Part shown: piece after piece, positions 18,598 to 31,003 of the stretch
Layout: each line of letters begins with the position of its first letter
Numbering within the stretch: the stretch's first letter is position 1
Assembly: GCA_963842945.1 (NCBI GenBank)
Contig: CAWJIM010000016.1
Coordinates: 64,001-128,000 of the forward strand
Direction: 5' to 3'
Length of the DNA: 64,000 bases
Source: an uncultured Gemmatimonadales bacterium
GTDB lineage: Bacteria; Gemmatimonadota; Gemmatimonadetes; Gemmatimonadales; GWC2-71-9
Notes under the pieces: model-generated
Databases searched by the model: none
What the model was told of the DNA's origin: nothing
The model's input: only the letters and a program-made list of their open reading frames with translations
Translations under genes and position numbers: made by a program

Positions 18598-19815
18598 CAA
18601 TCCACCAACTCCCCCAGAATCTGCCTCCCGATCACGATCCGCTGAATCTCGCTGGTGCCTTCGCCGATCTCGCAGACCTTGGCGTCGCGCATCATTCGCT
18701 CGACCGGATACTCGGTGGTGTAGCCGTAACCGCCGAAAATCTGCACCGCCTGAGTGGTGGTGCGCATGGCCAGCTCGGAGCAGAACAGTTTGGCCATCGC
18801 CGCCTCCTTCTTGAACGGCCGGCCGTTCTGCTTGAGCCACGCCGCGTGATAGAGGAGATGGGTTCCCGCCTCGATCTCCAGCGCCATGTCGGCCAGTTGG
18901 AAGCTCACCCCTGGAAGCTCCCGATAGGCCGCCCGAACTGTTTCCGCACTCCCGCGTAGCGCAGGGCCTCCTCATAGGCGCCTTCGGCGATGCCCAGCGA
19001 GAGAGCGGCGATGCCGATCCGGCCGGCGTCCAGCGTCTTCAGAAAGTTGATGAAGCCGTAGCCCGGTCTTGCCCAGCAGGTTCTCCTTGGGCACCACGGC
19101 ATCCTCGAAGACCAGCTCGCGGGTGTCGCTGGCCCGCCAGCCCATCTTCTCCTGCTTCTTGCCCGCGCGCACTCCGCGAGTCTTGGGCAGATCGGGAGCG
19201 TGTCCCACGCCGAGCTTCCGGCACTTGCTCGAGGTCGACCGTGTCCTTGGTGACGATGAAGCTGGTGATCCCCTTGTTCCCGTTGCCCGGCTCGGTGCGC
19301 GCGGTGGTCACGAAGACCTCGCCCACGCCAGCGTGGGTAATGAAAATCTTGGAGCCGTTGATGACGTAGTGGTCGCCCCGGTCCACCGCGGTGGTGGCGG
19401 TGCTGCCGGCGTCGCTGCCCGCGCCGGGCTCGGTAAGACCGAAGCCGCCCAACACCCGGCCCGACGCCAGCAGCGGGACGTATCGCCGCTTCTGCTCTTC
19501 GGTGCCGAACTCGACGATGGGAGAGGTGCCGAGGTTGGTATGCGCGCTGATGGTGAGCGCGTGGCTCGCATCGACCTTGGCCATCTCGTGGATGGTGATG
19601 TAGTAGGAAAGCTGGTCCATCCCGGCGCCGCCCAGCTCCTCGCTCCAGGGTACGCCCAGCAAACCGAGCTCACCCATTGCCTTGATGTTTTCCCAAGGGA
19701 AGGTGGAGGTACGATCGAGCTCGGCGGCGACGGGCGCGATGTGGGTCCGGGAGAAGTCGCGAACCATCTCGCGGACTTGATGGTGCTGCTCGGTGAAATA
19801 GAGGGAGTCGTCCAT
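18597..19815 (-). CDS. Acyl-CoA dehydrogenase; frameshifted
   Basis: GLTEPGAGSDAG, INGSKIFIT, RKQFGRPI, FGGYGY and IGEGTSEIQR. Confidence 0.92.
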
Positions 19816-19890
19816 GGCAGCAGCAACTTAACCGCTGGACCGTTGGCGGACCATTACCGGGACACTAGAGAGTCTCACAGCGGAGCTTGG

Positions 19891-20466
19891 TCACCGGCCG
19901 AAGCGTATGCCGAGGGTCAAGGGAATGAAGTGACTGTCATCGGCATCCGTGAATACGGTGTGGTACCGGGCCTCGAGGTACAGCACAATGCGGCTCACGG
20001 TGTAGTTCAGTCCCAAGCCGCCGTTGACGCCGAAATCGGTTGAGGAATCATCGCCAAATAGATCGGCATCGTTGCCGATTCCCTTCGAGTTGTACACTCC
20101 TCCCCCAGCAATCACATAAGGATCGACCTTGGAGGTTTCCGAACCGGCCCGCTTGAAGCGGTAGACCAGATTTGCCGTCCCGTAGATCCAACGCTGCTTG
20201 ACGTCGAATCCCTCGACATCGAACCCGAGCTCCGAGTACGTGCCATCGATTAGTAAGCCGAGCCGGCTGTCGTGCCGCCCAAAGTTGATTGAACCCGTTG
20301 CATGCCAGCCCACATTGGCGAGCTCACTGTACTTTCCGGTGGGGAACGAGGCGCCCCCACCGAGGGCAAAGCGGTTGCCCTGAGCATACAGCGAAGGAAC
20401 CGCCAACAACGTTCCTACGAGGATTGTCCCGACCGCGCAGACCAGAAGTGGCCTGGATCTATTCAT
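19891..20466 (-). CDS. Outer-membrane beta-barrel protein
   Basis: Signal peptide, alternating beta strands, PYVIAGGG and EARYH..IPLTLGIRF. Confidence 0.8.
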   Translation of the reverse strand: MNRSRPLLVCAVGTILVGTLLAVPSLYAQGNRFALGGGASFPTGKYSELANVGWHATGSINFGRHDSRLGLLIDGTYSELGFDVEGFDVKQRWIYGTANLVYRFKRAGSETSKVDPYVIAGGGVYNSKGIGNDADLFGDDSSTDFGVNGGLGLNYTVSRIVLYLEARYHTVFTDADDSHFIPLTLGIRFGR

Positions 20467-20635
20467 GGTCTGCCCCTTTATGCCGGTGTTTTCACCCATA
20501 ACTCCGATGGCGCCCATCCTTATGATCTGGGCAGTATAGTCCCCGCGACCCGGAGGAAACAGGGCAGAAGTACATCCATGTTATTTCCTCGCGGCGGCTG
20601 CTGCGAGAAAGGGTGCTTCCGGTATTTGCGCGGAG

Positions 20636-22467
20636 TCAAGCTCTTGGACTGGACGCCAGCCCAGTAATCTCCAGCAGAGTGTCTCCGAACTTGGCCAGGG
20701 TTCGGGGCCCAACCCCTTGGACTCGCGCCAACTCCAGACGGGTGGACGGCCGTTGCGTGACGATGTTGCTCAGCGCCGCATCCGGCAACACGGTATATGC
20801 CGGCACTCCCATTTCTCGCGCCACTCCAGCCCTCCACTGCTGCAACACCAAGATCAGCGGATGGTGACTGGGCAACGATTTCTCGGGCGTGCCGGCCAGG
20901 GCGGCGAGTATAGTGCCACTCAACCGGGCAGCCAGAGCCGGACCCACACCCGGCACATCGGCGAGCGCGGCCGCGGTTGACGGGGGATTTCGAGCCAACC
21001 CCAGCAGCACCTCGGGCTCTAGCGGGCAACCACCCCATATAGTCTTGCTCTGAAGCAGCGCGGAGCGAAGCCGGTTCAGCCGAGTCGAGACATCTCGATT
21101 TTCGGGGGTGAACGTTGCTCTGGTGCCGCAGCAATCGCACCCGCTGCAGCGAGCCAGCCGCTCTCCGAAGTATCCCACCAGGCGGGCCCGCCGACAGCGG
21201 GACTCACTAGCATAGTTGGCGACCGCCTGGATTCGGAACTCGGCCTTCCCGCGCCGCTCCGAGATCGGCCGCCAATCCACCGGGCCACGCTCCGGCCGGA
21301 GCTCCCGTCTGAGCCGTTCCGCTGATTGGAGCACGTTTTCCGGAACGCCGCTCACTCTCCCGGCTTTGCTCCAGATTCTTTCCAGCTCCGGACGGGGAGG
21401 AAAGGTGACGTCCAGCTGCCGCCGATGGAGCACGGCGTCTCCCGGGCGCCAGAGCATGACGCAGCGGGCAAACTCTCCATCTCTGCCCTGCTCTGCCGGC
21501 TTCCTGATAGTAGGCCTCCGGCGTAGCCGGAGGTGTCCAGTGCACCACCAGCCGCACGTTGGGCTTATCGATGCCCATGCCGAAGGCGCACGTTGCCACG
21601 ATGACGTCCACCCGGTCCTGGAGGAAGTCGTCGAGCGTGACCCGACGGAGCAGCTTGCTCAGGCCTGCGTGATAGGGGGCGGCCCGGTGCCCCGCTTCGC
21701 GCCAGCGCGCGGGCAATTGCCTCCGTGCTCCCTCTCGTGGGGGCGTAGACAATGGCCATGACATCATCGCCTTGGAGCAGACGAAGCAGTGCCGCCAGGC
21801 GCTCCCGCTCACTATTAACCCGCATCGCACCGAACCACAGGTTGGCCCGATCGAACGAGCCCAGGTGCAGTACGTAGCCTTCACGAAGCCGAAGGCTCCG
21901 GACAATTTCCGCTCGGACTGCGGGTGTGGCGCTGCCGGTCAACGCGACGGTCTGTGGCGTTCCCAATCGGTAGCGCACCCGGGCAAGCCTGCGATAGCTT
22001 GGCCGGAAATCGTGGCCCCATTCGGCGATGCAGTGGGCCTCGTCGATGACCAGGAGGCGGGGACGGATTCCCGCCGCCTGCAGCTCCAGGCTCAGGCGCT
22101 CGAGCCTTTCAGGGGAGACGTAGAGAAGGCGAACCGATCCATCCCGGATGGAGGAGCGAACCCGGCTCTGCTCCTCCTTGCCCAGCGAGCTGTTGAGGCA
22201 AGCTGCGGGAATGCCGCGAGCAACGGCGGCCTCCACCTGATCCTGCATCAGAGAGATCAGCGGTGAGACGACGATGTGCAATCCGCCGAGCACCAATGCG
22301 GGAACCTGAAAGCAAATGGACTTCCCGCCCCCGGTGGGGAGAACGGCGAGGGTGTCCTTCCCGTTCAGAATGGAGTAGATGACCGCGGTTTGCGCCGGCC
22401 GGAAGTCGGGATATCCGAAGTGATGCTGAAGGAGGCTGCGGGCCTGGGCCATGAGATCCATGGCCAA
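20636..22467 (-). CDS. recQ: RecQ family DNA helicase with two HRDC domains; frameshifted
   Basis: LPTGGGKS, DEAHC.AEWGHDFRP, AFGMGIDKPNVR, YYQEAGRAG, CRR..C..CD.C, HRDC repeats. Confidence 0.93.
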
Positions 22468-22663
22468 AGCTCGCGGCCATCTTGCGAGCTACTTAACCAC
22501 TATCGTGCGAAACGGCGCCAATCTGCTCGGTTTGTCTCACCCGCCGAGGCAAGACGCCGGCACCTGCTCCCCCCTCACCTTGGTGAGCCTGCACCACCGA
22601 GACTTCCACGGAGCTTCCAGCGGTGCTGCAGGTCGAGGAGCAGATGCCTGATGCAAAGCCTGG

Positions 22664-23239
22664 TTAATGCCCACCCAACCTTATACCCAGAGTAATGGGA
22701 ATGAACTGGGTGCTGGCATCCTCGGTGAAGATGTTGTGGAACCGGCCTTCGAGGAAAAGCCCGATCCCGCCGGTCTTGATATCGAATCCGGCTCCGGCAT
22801 TGACGCCGAAGTCGGTCTCACCGCCGGGCAGAATGTCACTGGGATCGTCCGACCCGGTGATCTTGGAGTTGTACACCCCACCGCCTCCGATCAGATACGG
22901 CCGGAAGGTGCTCTCCTCCGAGGTCTTGAACTTGAAGACGATGTTGCCGGTACCCATGAGATAGCGATTCTTCAGGCCGGAGAATCCGGGGAAAGCGGCA
23001 TCGTCGAGATTGAACTGCTGATACGAGCCATCGAACTGTATCCCCACCGGCCAGCCGTTCGGCACGAAGGAGATTGCGGCCAGTCCGTGCCAGCCCGTCT
23101 TGGCCGCGTCGTCGAAATCACCGAGCGGAATTCCGGCACCGCCGCCTAATGAGAATTCAGCACCCTGCGCACGGAGCGCGGGGGCACCGAGCAGCATTCC
23201 GACGGCGAGTGCTGCTATACCCTTTGACAAACCCCTCAT
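22664..23239 (-). CDS. Outer-membrane beta-barrel protein, paralog of 19891-20466
   Basis: Signal peptide, GWH, PYLIGGGGVYNSK, DFGVN and FIPITLGIR. Confidence 0.8.
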   Translation of the reverse strand: MRGLSKGIAALAVGMLLGAPALRAQGAEFSLGGGAGIPLGDFDDAAKTGWHGLAAISFVPNGWPVGIQFDGSYQQFNLDDAAFPGFSGLKNRYLMGTGNIVFKFKTSEESTFRPYLIGGGGVYNSKITGSDDPSDILPGGETDFGVNAGAGFDIKTGGIGLFLEGRFHNIFTEDASTQFIPITLGIRLGGH

Positions 23240-23330
23240 GTTCTCCTCCTGGTGGCGTGGTGTTGACTCTCGAGGGGCCAAAGTAGCTCGGGCCGAATCG
23301 GGATAGTGAAGCCGTCACCTGTGACAGCCG

Positions 23331-23483
23331 TCACAAAGACCTGCGCCGAAGCCACAGACGCAGCAGCAGGGACACCGCCAGCAAGACGATTGCCACCCAC
23401 CCCAGGCGCCGCTCGTCCAAGGCGACACTCAAGGCTGCCAGGAGAAAGCCCGCCAATGCCAGCGCGAGCCTCAGCCGGTTCAT
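23331..23483 (-). CDS. Small two-TM membrane protein (50 aa)
   Basis: Read by hand: MNRLRLALALAGFLLAALSVALDERRLGWVAIVLLAVSLLLRLWLRRRSL*; ATGA overlap with the upstream stop. Confidence 0.7.
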   Translation of the reverse strand: MNRLRLALALAGFLLAALSVALDERRLGWVAIVLLAVSLLLRLWLRRRSL

Positions 23484-24235
23484 CGTTTCAGGAAGCGCGC
23501 GATGGCGTCGCGAAAGTCGGGCGTCGCCCGGGCCACGGCGTTGACCTGAGCCCCTCGAGCGATGCCCTCACTCAGGGTCGTGCCATCCATCTGGTAGAAG
23601 AGCTGCTTGGTGAGCGCGATTGCAGTACCGCTGCTGCCGGCGAGCTGACCGGCCAACTCGAGCGTCGAGGTCTCCAGTTCCCGGTCAGGGAAAACCCGGC
23701 TGACCAGACCGGCGCGCTCGGCCTCGTCTGCCGAGAGCAACCGTCCGGTGAGGACGAGATCGAGGGCGACCTTTTCCCCCGCGGCGCGTCGAAGAAGCGC
23801 CATCACCATGGCCGGCACAAATCCGCGCTGAATCTCCGGGTAGCCGAGCTGAGCTCCCGCTCCGGCGAGCACGAGGTCGCAGGCGGTGGCAAGGCCTGCG
23901 CCTCCGGCCAGTGCTCGGCCCTGCACTTTGGCGAGCACCGGTTTGGGCAAAGTGCGCATCCGCTCGAACAGAGAGCCGAGCTGGAGCGCCGCCGCCTCAT
24001 TCTCCTTGACCGTCTGATTAGCCGACGCGAGCAGCTCGTCGAGATCGGCGCCGGCGCAGAAGTCCTTGCCAGCGCCGCGGAGCAGGACGACGCGGACGGC
24101 GGCATCCAGATCGGCCCGCTCGAACGCCTGATGCAGGGCTTCGATCAGCTCGGCGTTCAGGGCGTTCCGCTTCTCGGGGCGATTGAGCGTGAGGCTGAGG
24201 ACTCCGGATGCGAGCGAGCTGAGGAGCGCGGTCAT
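23480..24235 (-). CDS. Enoyl-CoA hydratase/isomerase (methylglutaconyl-CoA hydratase-like)
   Basis: LNRPEKRNAL, FCAGADL, GRALAGGAGL and YPE. Confidence 0.9.
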   Translation of the reverse strand: MTALLSSLASGVLSLTLNRPEKRNALNAELIEALHQAFERADLDAAVRVVLLRGAGKDFCAGADLDELLASANQTVKENEAAALQLGSLFERMRTLPKPVLAKVQGRALAGGAGLATACDLVLAGAGAQLGYPEIQRGFVPAMVMALLRRAAGEKVALDLVLTGRLLSADEAERAGLVSRVFPDRELETSTLELAGQLAGSSGTAIALTKQLFYQMDGTTLSEGIARGAQVNAVARATPDFRDAIARFLKR

Positions 24236-24671
24236 TGCGGCGGCTCAGACGGCGAGCCAGCGCAGCTGGAACCGGGATCTCCATCCGGAGCAGCGCGGTG
24301 GAGTACACCTTTCCCTGGGCATCGGTCTTGAGCGAGATGGTGCCTCCGCCATCGAGCGCGCCGTGCAGCAGGAAGTTCAGCGCGTTGAGGTTGGGCAGCT
24401 CGAATCGCTCAACCCCGATCACCATTCCCTTGAAGTGCCGGGCGACGCGCGCGGTGGTGACCTCCCGCCGGAGAATCGGGTAATACTCCGGCTCCAGGGC
24501 GATCAGCCCCACGTTGGCCGTGTCGCCCTTGTCGCCGGAGCGGGCGTGGGCGAGATAGCGGAGTTGCAAGCGGGGCAGCGGGGCAGCGGGGCGGCGGGGC
24601 CGTCCAGCGCCACCGGTGCTTACGCCTGCCCGGCTGCTCTTACTTTTTCTTTTCCCCGGCTTCTTTGCCAT
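24232..24671 (-). CDS. AtuA-related small protein; stop probably lost to an indel
   Basis: AHARSGDKGDTANVG and ALDGGGTISLKTDAQGK. Confidence 0.8.
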
Positions 24672-24697
24672 TTGATCTCCCGCTCACCGCTCACCGC

Positions 24698-26076
24698 TCA
24701 CGCTTTCAAGATCTCCACCCTCACCTCGCTCTCTACCACCCGCCGGTCGATCAAGGCCGGCCAGTAGGCCACCACTTCCTCGACTGCTGGTCTGCCGCCG
24801 GCAAACCCGGTGACGCTGGGCGGCCCGGTGAGCACCAGCGGTGCGATCTCCCGGGTGAATCGTTCCACCGGCGCCTTCTCCCGGGCGCGAACCCCGATTC
24901 GCAGCTGCACCTCGGGCGCATCCGGGTTCGGGGGACCGCTCAGATTGCCGTGGGTGGCGTTTGCGCCGACGAACTCGGTGAGGATCTGCTCGTACTCGAG
25001 TCCCAGGTTCTTCAGTCGAGCCCGGAGGATTCGGTCGGCGGCACGCGCCTTCTCGTACGCCTCGGGCCAGGAGTACACCAGCGTCCCCACGGCCTTGTAG
25101 CCGTAGAAGTAGGCGATGGAAACCTTCAGCATCGGGGTGCGCGGGCCCCCCTTGATCCCGCTCACCTGTAACCCGGTCGCGCCCAACCTGCCGGAGCTGA
25201 ATGGTGGTGAAGTCGGCGATGCCGTCGGGCGTGATGTAGCTGTGCGGGTCGCCCATCTCGTAGACCAGCTGTTCGGTCACCGATGCCACGGAGACCACCC
25301 CGCCGGTGCGCGGGTGCTTGGTGACCACGAAGCTCCCGTCAGTCGAGGCCTCGACGATGGGAAATCCGGGGTTCTCCAATCCCTTCACCGAGCGCCAGTC
25401 TTTCAGCAGGTTGCCGCCGGAGGCCTGTGCGCCGCACTCGATGATGTGGCCGGCGACGGTCCCCGCCGCAACCTTGTCCCAGTCGTCGCTGGGCCAGCCG
25501 AACTCGTGAAAGATGGGACCCAGCGTGAGCCCGGTATCGGTGACCCGGCCGGTGATCACCACGTCCGCGCCGAGCCGGAGCGCCTCGACGATGGGCGCCA
25601 TCCCGAGGTAAGCGTTGGCCGACAGCACCTTGTCGCGGATGTCGGCCAGCGGCTGTCCGGTCTCCATGTTCGCCAGCGCATGTCCGGCGCGGATGAGCTC
25701 GTCCAGTCGTTCCCAGGATGTCGTCGCCGGTGACGAGTCCGATGTTCAGCCGCCCCGTCAGACCGAGCCTTTGGGCGACGTCCAGCACCGCCTCAGCGCA
25801 TCCGCGCGGATTCACGCCACCGGCGTTGGAGGTGACCTTGATCCGCCGCTTCACCACCTCCGGAAGAATGCGCTCCATCAGCGGGACGAAGTCGCGGGCG
25901 TAGCCGGCTTTGGGATCGCGCGACTTCTGCTTCTGCATGATGGACATGGTCACTTCGGCGAGATAGTCCATCATCAGGTAGTCGATAGGCCCGCCGTTCA
26001 CCTGGCGTACGGGAGCCTCCAGCCAGTCGCCCCAGAAGCCCTGCCCCGCGGCAACCCGCACCAGGCGATCGGTCAT
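24698..26076 (-). CDS. Acyclic terpene utilization AtuA family protein; frameshifted
   Basis: [36 protein letters not shown] and EQLVYE. Confidence 0.9.
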
Positions 26077-28947
26077 CGCATCATCGGAGGATTGGGGAGC
26101 GGCAGTCCGCCTTCCCGGGTCCAGCTGTGCTCCTCAGCCCGGACCACCAGCACTCCCAGAGGAAAGAACCCGTCGCCCAATGGCCAGGGATTTTCCGGGA
26201 GTGCGAAGTTCACGCTGGAAGTCTTCTTCGGGGCTACGGTGACGATCGAGTCTGTCGGTGTGGCCGGATCCAGCGCGACGGCAGAATCGGCATAGAGCCG
26301 GATGGCAGCCCGGAGCGTCCAGTTTTCCTCTCCGTCGGGATCGGCGAAGCCGGGGAACAGGGCCAATCGGAGCGGCATGGTTCCGTGATCGTCCGGCAGC
26401 TTGGCCTGAAGCCGGCCGAATGCGTAATTGAGCGGCTGTTTCTCGATCTGGCGGCCGACCGAATCGAACAGGGTGACGCCGAAATCGGTGAAGCGGCTCC
26501 ACTGCGCCCGCTCCATCGTGAGATCGACTACCACCGCCTTGGCCCAGGCCGGCGCTACGAAGGGGATTTCCCGGACGCCCGATCCGCGGGCGACCACCGT
26601 CTCGATTCGCTCGCCCCCGCCGAGGAGCATGGCCAGATCGGCCCGCACCGGAGCGGCGGTCAGATTGGTGAGCTTGGCCACGGCCAGGTTCTTCTCCGTC
26701 CCCAGCTGGAGGCGCACCGGCGATTGGGTGACCCTGACATTCACCGCAATCCGCTGAGCCGTCGGAGCGACAACCACGGCCTGATACGCTCCGGGCACGA
26801 CGTCTCTGGCGTCTACCAGATACACCGCCTCCCGCTCGGCTGCTCCAATGGGCCGGGTGTACTCGTCGCGATACGGCATTCCGTCCGGCTCATGGAGAAA
26901 GGCGAGCCCCTTCTGCCCGACGCTCGCGCTGGAAATGCGTAGCTCGTAGGGCCGGGCGCTGTCGGCCTTGAAGAAGGTGCGCAGCTCACTGCCGGCCTCG
27001 ACCGGCGTGCCAGACCTCACCTCGCGCGAGGCCGCCGCGATCGGCTCGGGGGCCGTCACGGTGGTCACCAGACGGAATGCGGGTCCCGCGAGACTGTCCG
27101 CGCTCCAGCCGCTCACCGTTGCGGTGTACCCGCCGGGCGCCTTGAGCCCCGACACGCGATAGCGCACGTCCACGGTTGCGGTCCGGCCGGTGAAGGTCAC
27201 GCTCGCGGGCGCGGAGGCCCAGGGAGCGTCGGAGCGAAGCGAGTACACCTGCCGCCCCGCAGCCGAGTCGAAGCGAGTCAGCTCGAAGCGCTGAACCCAG
27301 ACCGAGTCGGACGGCGCCTTCTGATGCAGCCCCGCGGTAGGCCGGCCCTCTGCGTTCAGTGCCCGCACTGCGATATCGGCGATGGTGCGCGGCTCGCTGA
27401 GCCACTGTGCCGCCTGGGCGACGTCGGGCAGTCCGGTCCCCTCGTCCACCAGACTCGCTCCCTGGAGGGGCCGCGCGGTAACCATGAGTGCCTGCTTGAT
27501 CTCCGCGGCATTAATGGTGCGCTTCTCCTGCAGCAGCTGGGAGACGAGCAGCGCCGCGAGTCCCGCCGCGTGGGGCGAAGCCATGCTGGTGCCCTGCTCG
27601 ATCTCGTGACCGGTATTCCATCGGGGCACGGTGGAGTAGGCCACGCCGGGGGCGATCAGATCGGGTTTGGCCAGCTCGCCCCCGCGGGAGCTGAAGTACG
27701 CCAGCAGATCGTCATGCGAGCCGCTGGGATTGGGCGGCAGAAAAGTCGAGGGCAGCGTGGCGCCGATGCTGATGCTCCGCCGGGCTGATCCGGGGAATCC
27801 CATGGTGGAAAGTCCCGGACCGTCGTTACCCGCGCTGATGACGAACGTCAGCGCGGGATTGGCGGCGAGGATCGAATCGATGATTCCGTCGATCCGGGCG
27901 GTGCCCTCGACCTCGTTTCCCACCCCGAAGCTCAGATTCAGCACCAGAGGCAGCCGCCGGGTCTGAGCGAATTGAATGGCATACTCGATAGCGCGCACCA
28001 GGCTGCCGGTGGTGGTGATGCTGCCCTGGGCGCTGTTGGCGATCTTCAGCCCGAGCAGCTGGGCGCCGGGCGCGACTCCGTTGAAGCCGGTGACCCCGTA
28101 CATGTCGTGAGCGGCCGCGATGCCGGCTACGTGGGAGCCGTGACTGTAACTGTCGAACACGAGATCCAGCTGAGGATCCTTTCCGCTGGACGAGAAGTTG
28201 GCTGCCAGGTTCATCCCTGGGGCGCCTCCCCCGCCGAGCCCATCCGAAGCTCTCTCGCGAAACCAGGTAGTCATGCACCGGCCGCTCACCGACTAGCGAG
28301 CCATCGCCATCGGTGTCGGCAAAGAGCACCCACCCGTCGGTGGCTCGGGTGACGACCAGCGGGAGCGTATCCGTGTCACTGCCGTTGCCGTTCAGGTCGG
28401 AGGCCGGAGGCTCCCCCAGCGGGAGCTCCGCGATGGTGCCGCCGTAGTAGGGGCCGCCGGTACTCACGGCGGCCACCCGGCCGAATCCCTTGAGCCGGTG
28501 TCCAGCGATGTCGATCGAATCTCCGACCGGAGTCACCGGCCGAAGCGGTACCGATCCTTCGTGAGAGAAATCTCTGAGATCCAGCAGCTTCGGCGTGTCG
28601 GTACTGGTCTTCAGCAGCCCGGGGATGCCGGGATCGATTCCGGTATCCAGAATGCCGATGAGCACGCCACGCCCGTCGTAGGTGGGATGCAGCTGGAGGA
28701 ACTTCTCCACTCCGGTGCTGCTCAGTGCCATCCACCCGTGGCTGTAGGCCGCCTCGGGCGGGACCATCGGCTGCGGCGGCTCCTCCGCTTCCGGCTCCTT
28801 GCCGGGCGGTGGCGTTTCCGGCGGCTTGGTGGAGACGCGGCCGGGATCGATGTTGGGCTTGGGCGGCGGAGATTCGGGCTCTGGTTGCTTCGGAGCGCAG
28901 GCGAGCGTCAGCACCAGGACAAGGAGGCTGCGGCAAATCCAGGGCAT
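26073..28947 (-). CDS. S8 serine peptidase lipoprotein, tripeptidyl-peptidase II-like; frameshift ~28240
   Basis: Lipobox LTLA-C; YDGRGVLIGILDTGIDPG, HGSHVAGI, SAGNDGP and GTSMASPH. Confidence 0.9.
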
Positions 28948-28954
28948 TGAGTTC

Positions 28955-30587
28955 CTAGCGGAGAGTGGCCGCGTCGAGCTGCGGAAGCACGAAGGGCCCC
29001 AGGTGGGGCCCGGCGTAGTTGGCGGTAATCCGAAGGGTGAAGGCGAGCAGGTCGCGGGTGTCTTCCGGGGTAATGATGGCGTCGACGAATCCGCGGGCGG
29101 CAGCGAAGCGGGCGTCGAGCTGCTGCTCATAGTCGGCCCGCATCGATTCCATGGAGGCCTTGGCCTCGGGCGATGGCTCACGCTTTTCACGCTTGGCCTT
29201 TTCCAGCTCGGCGCCGTGCACCGCCATCACCGCCGATTCGCCTTCCATCACGCCCATTCTTCCGGTAGGCCAGCTCAAAATGAAATCCGGGTCGAACCCC
29301 TGTCCCGCCATGGCGTAATACCCGGCGCCGGACGCGTGATTGATGGTCAGCACGATCTTGGGCACGACCGCCGTTGCCATCGCTTCTACGAAGTGCGCCC
29401 CGGCCCGGATGATGCCCGAGTGCTCGGCTTCGGGTCCGACCATGAAGCCGCTCACGTCCTGGATGAACAGGATCGGCAGCCGCTCCCGGCTGGCTGTTTC
29501 GATGAAATACGCCGTCTTCTCGGCGCTCCCGGTATACACGATGCCGCCGAAGCGGGGACGCTCACCCGGCTGGCCCTTCACCACTCCGCGCTGGTTGGCG
29601 ATGACCGCGACGGGTCTGCCCTCGATGTGCGCGTGACCGCAGATCATTTCCCGGGCGACGTCGGGCTGGAACTCGTCCAGCTCGCCGCCATCCAGGATGC
29701 ACGCCGAGCACCTGGCGCATGTCGTAGGACAGCCGATGGTCCTGGGGAAGGATTTCGTAAAGGTCGGTGGACGGCCGCGCGGACGGACGGGCGGACAGCG
29801 TGCGGTGGCTGATGCCTTCATGCCGGGGAAGACGGGCGATGTACTGGCGAATCCGCTCCAGGCATTCGGGATCGTCCGCCGCGCGGTAGTGGGCCACCGC
29901 GCTCACCTCGGTGTGAGTCTTGGCTCCGCCCAGGGTCTCGGCGTCGATGGTCTGTCCGGTGGCGCCCTTCACCAGGTTGGGGCCGCCCAGCCCCATGAAG
30001 CTGGTGCCTTCGACCATGAAGATCACGTCGGACAGCGCCGGCAGGTACGCACCACCGGCGACGCAGCTTCCCATCACGGCGCTGACCTGCGGCACATGGA
30101 GATAGCGCCGCATGATCGAGTTGTAGTAGAAGATCCGGGCGGCGCCATACTGTCCGGGAAACACGCCGCCCTGATAGGGCAGGTTCACGCCGGCGCTGTC
30201 CACCAGATAGACGATGGGGATGCGCTGCCGCATCGCCACTTCCTGGGCTCGCAGAATTTTCCTGATGGTTTCCGGCCACCACGAGCCGGCCTTTACGGTG
30301 GCGTCGTTTGCCACCACCACGACTTCGCGGTCTTCCACCAGGCCTACTCCGGTGATCACCCCCGCGCCGGGCGCCTGCCCCTCGTATTGGTCGTACGCCA
30401 CCAGCAGTCCCAATTCGAGCCAGGGGGAGCCCTTGTCCAGCAGCCGCTCCACCCGTTCACGCGGGGCAAGCTTCCCCTGCTGGTGCATCTTGGCCACCCG
30501 GGCCGCGCCGCCGCCCTGCTTCAGGCGGTGCGCCAGCTGCTGAAATTCCTCAGTCAGCGTACGCAGGCGCCCTGCCGCCGGGCTCAT
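28955..30587 (-). CDS. Acyl-CoA carboxylase carboxyltransferase (MCC beta-like); frameshifted
   Basis: [30 protein letters not shown] and GAGYYAM. Confidence 0.92.
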
Positions 30588-31003
30588 GACTCCAGGTGCG
30601 CCGCGGCCCACGACTCGATGTACTCGATGAGCTCGGAGGTAGGCGTGCCGGGTCCGAACAGCTGACCGATGCCCAGCTGCTGCAAGGCGGCCATGTCTTC
30701 GGGGGGAATGATGCCGCCGCCGGTGACCAGTGTGTCGGGCCGGCCCATTTGCTCCAGGAGCTGGCGCACCCGGGGGAACAGGGTCATGTGGGCACCCGAG
30801 AGTATGGAGAGCCCAACCACGTCGACGTCCTCCTGCACCGCCGCCGTGGCAATCATCTCGGGGGTTTGGTGCAGGCCGGTGTACACCACCTCCATGCCGG
30901 CGTCGCGTAGGGCGGCAGCGACGACCTTGGCGCCGCGGTCGTGGCCATCCAGGCCCGGCTTGGCGACGAGGACGCGGATCGGACGGGTGGGCTTAGCTGC
31001 CAT
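30584..31003 (-). CDS. Cobalamin-binding subunit of acyl-CoA mutase
   Basis: [13 protein letters not shown] (DxHxxG), SILSGAH and GGIIP. Confidence 0.95.
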   Translation of the reverse strand: MAAKPTRPIRVLVAKPGLDGHDRGAKVVAAALRDAGMEVVYTGLHQTPEMIATAAVQEDVDVVGLSILSGAHMTLFPRVRQLLEQMGRPDTLVTGGGIIPPEDMAALQQLGIGQLFGPGTPTSELIEYIESWAAAHLES

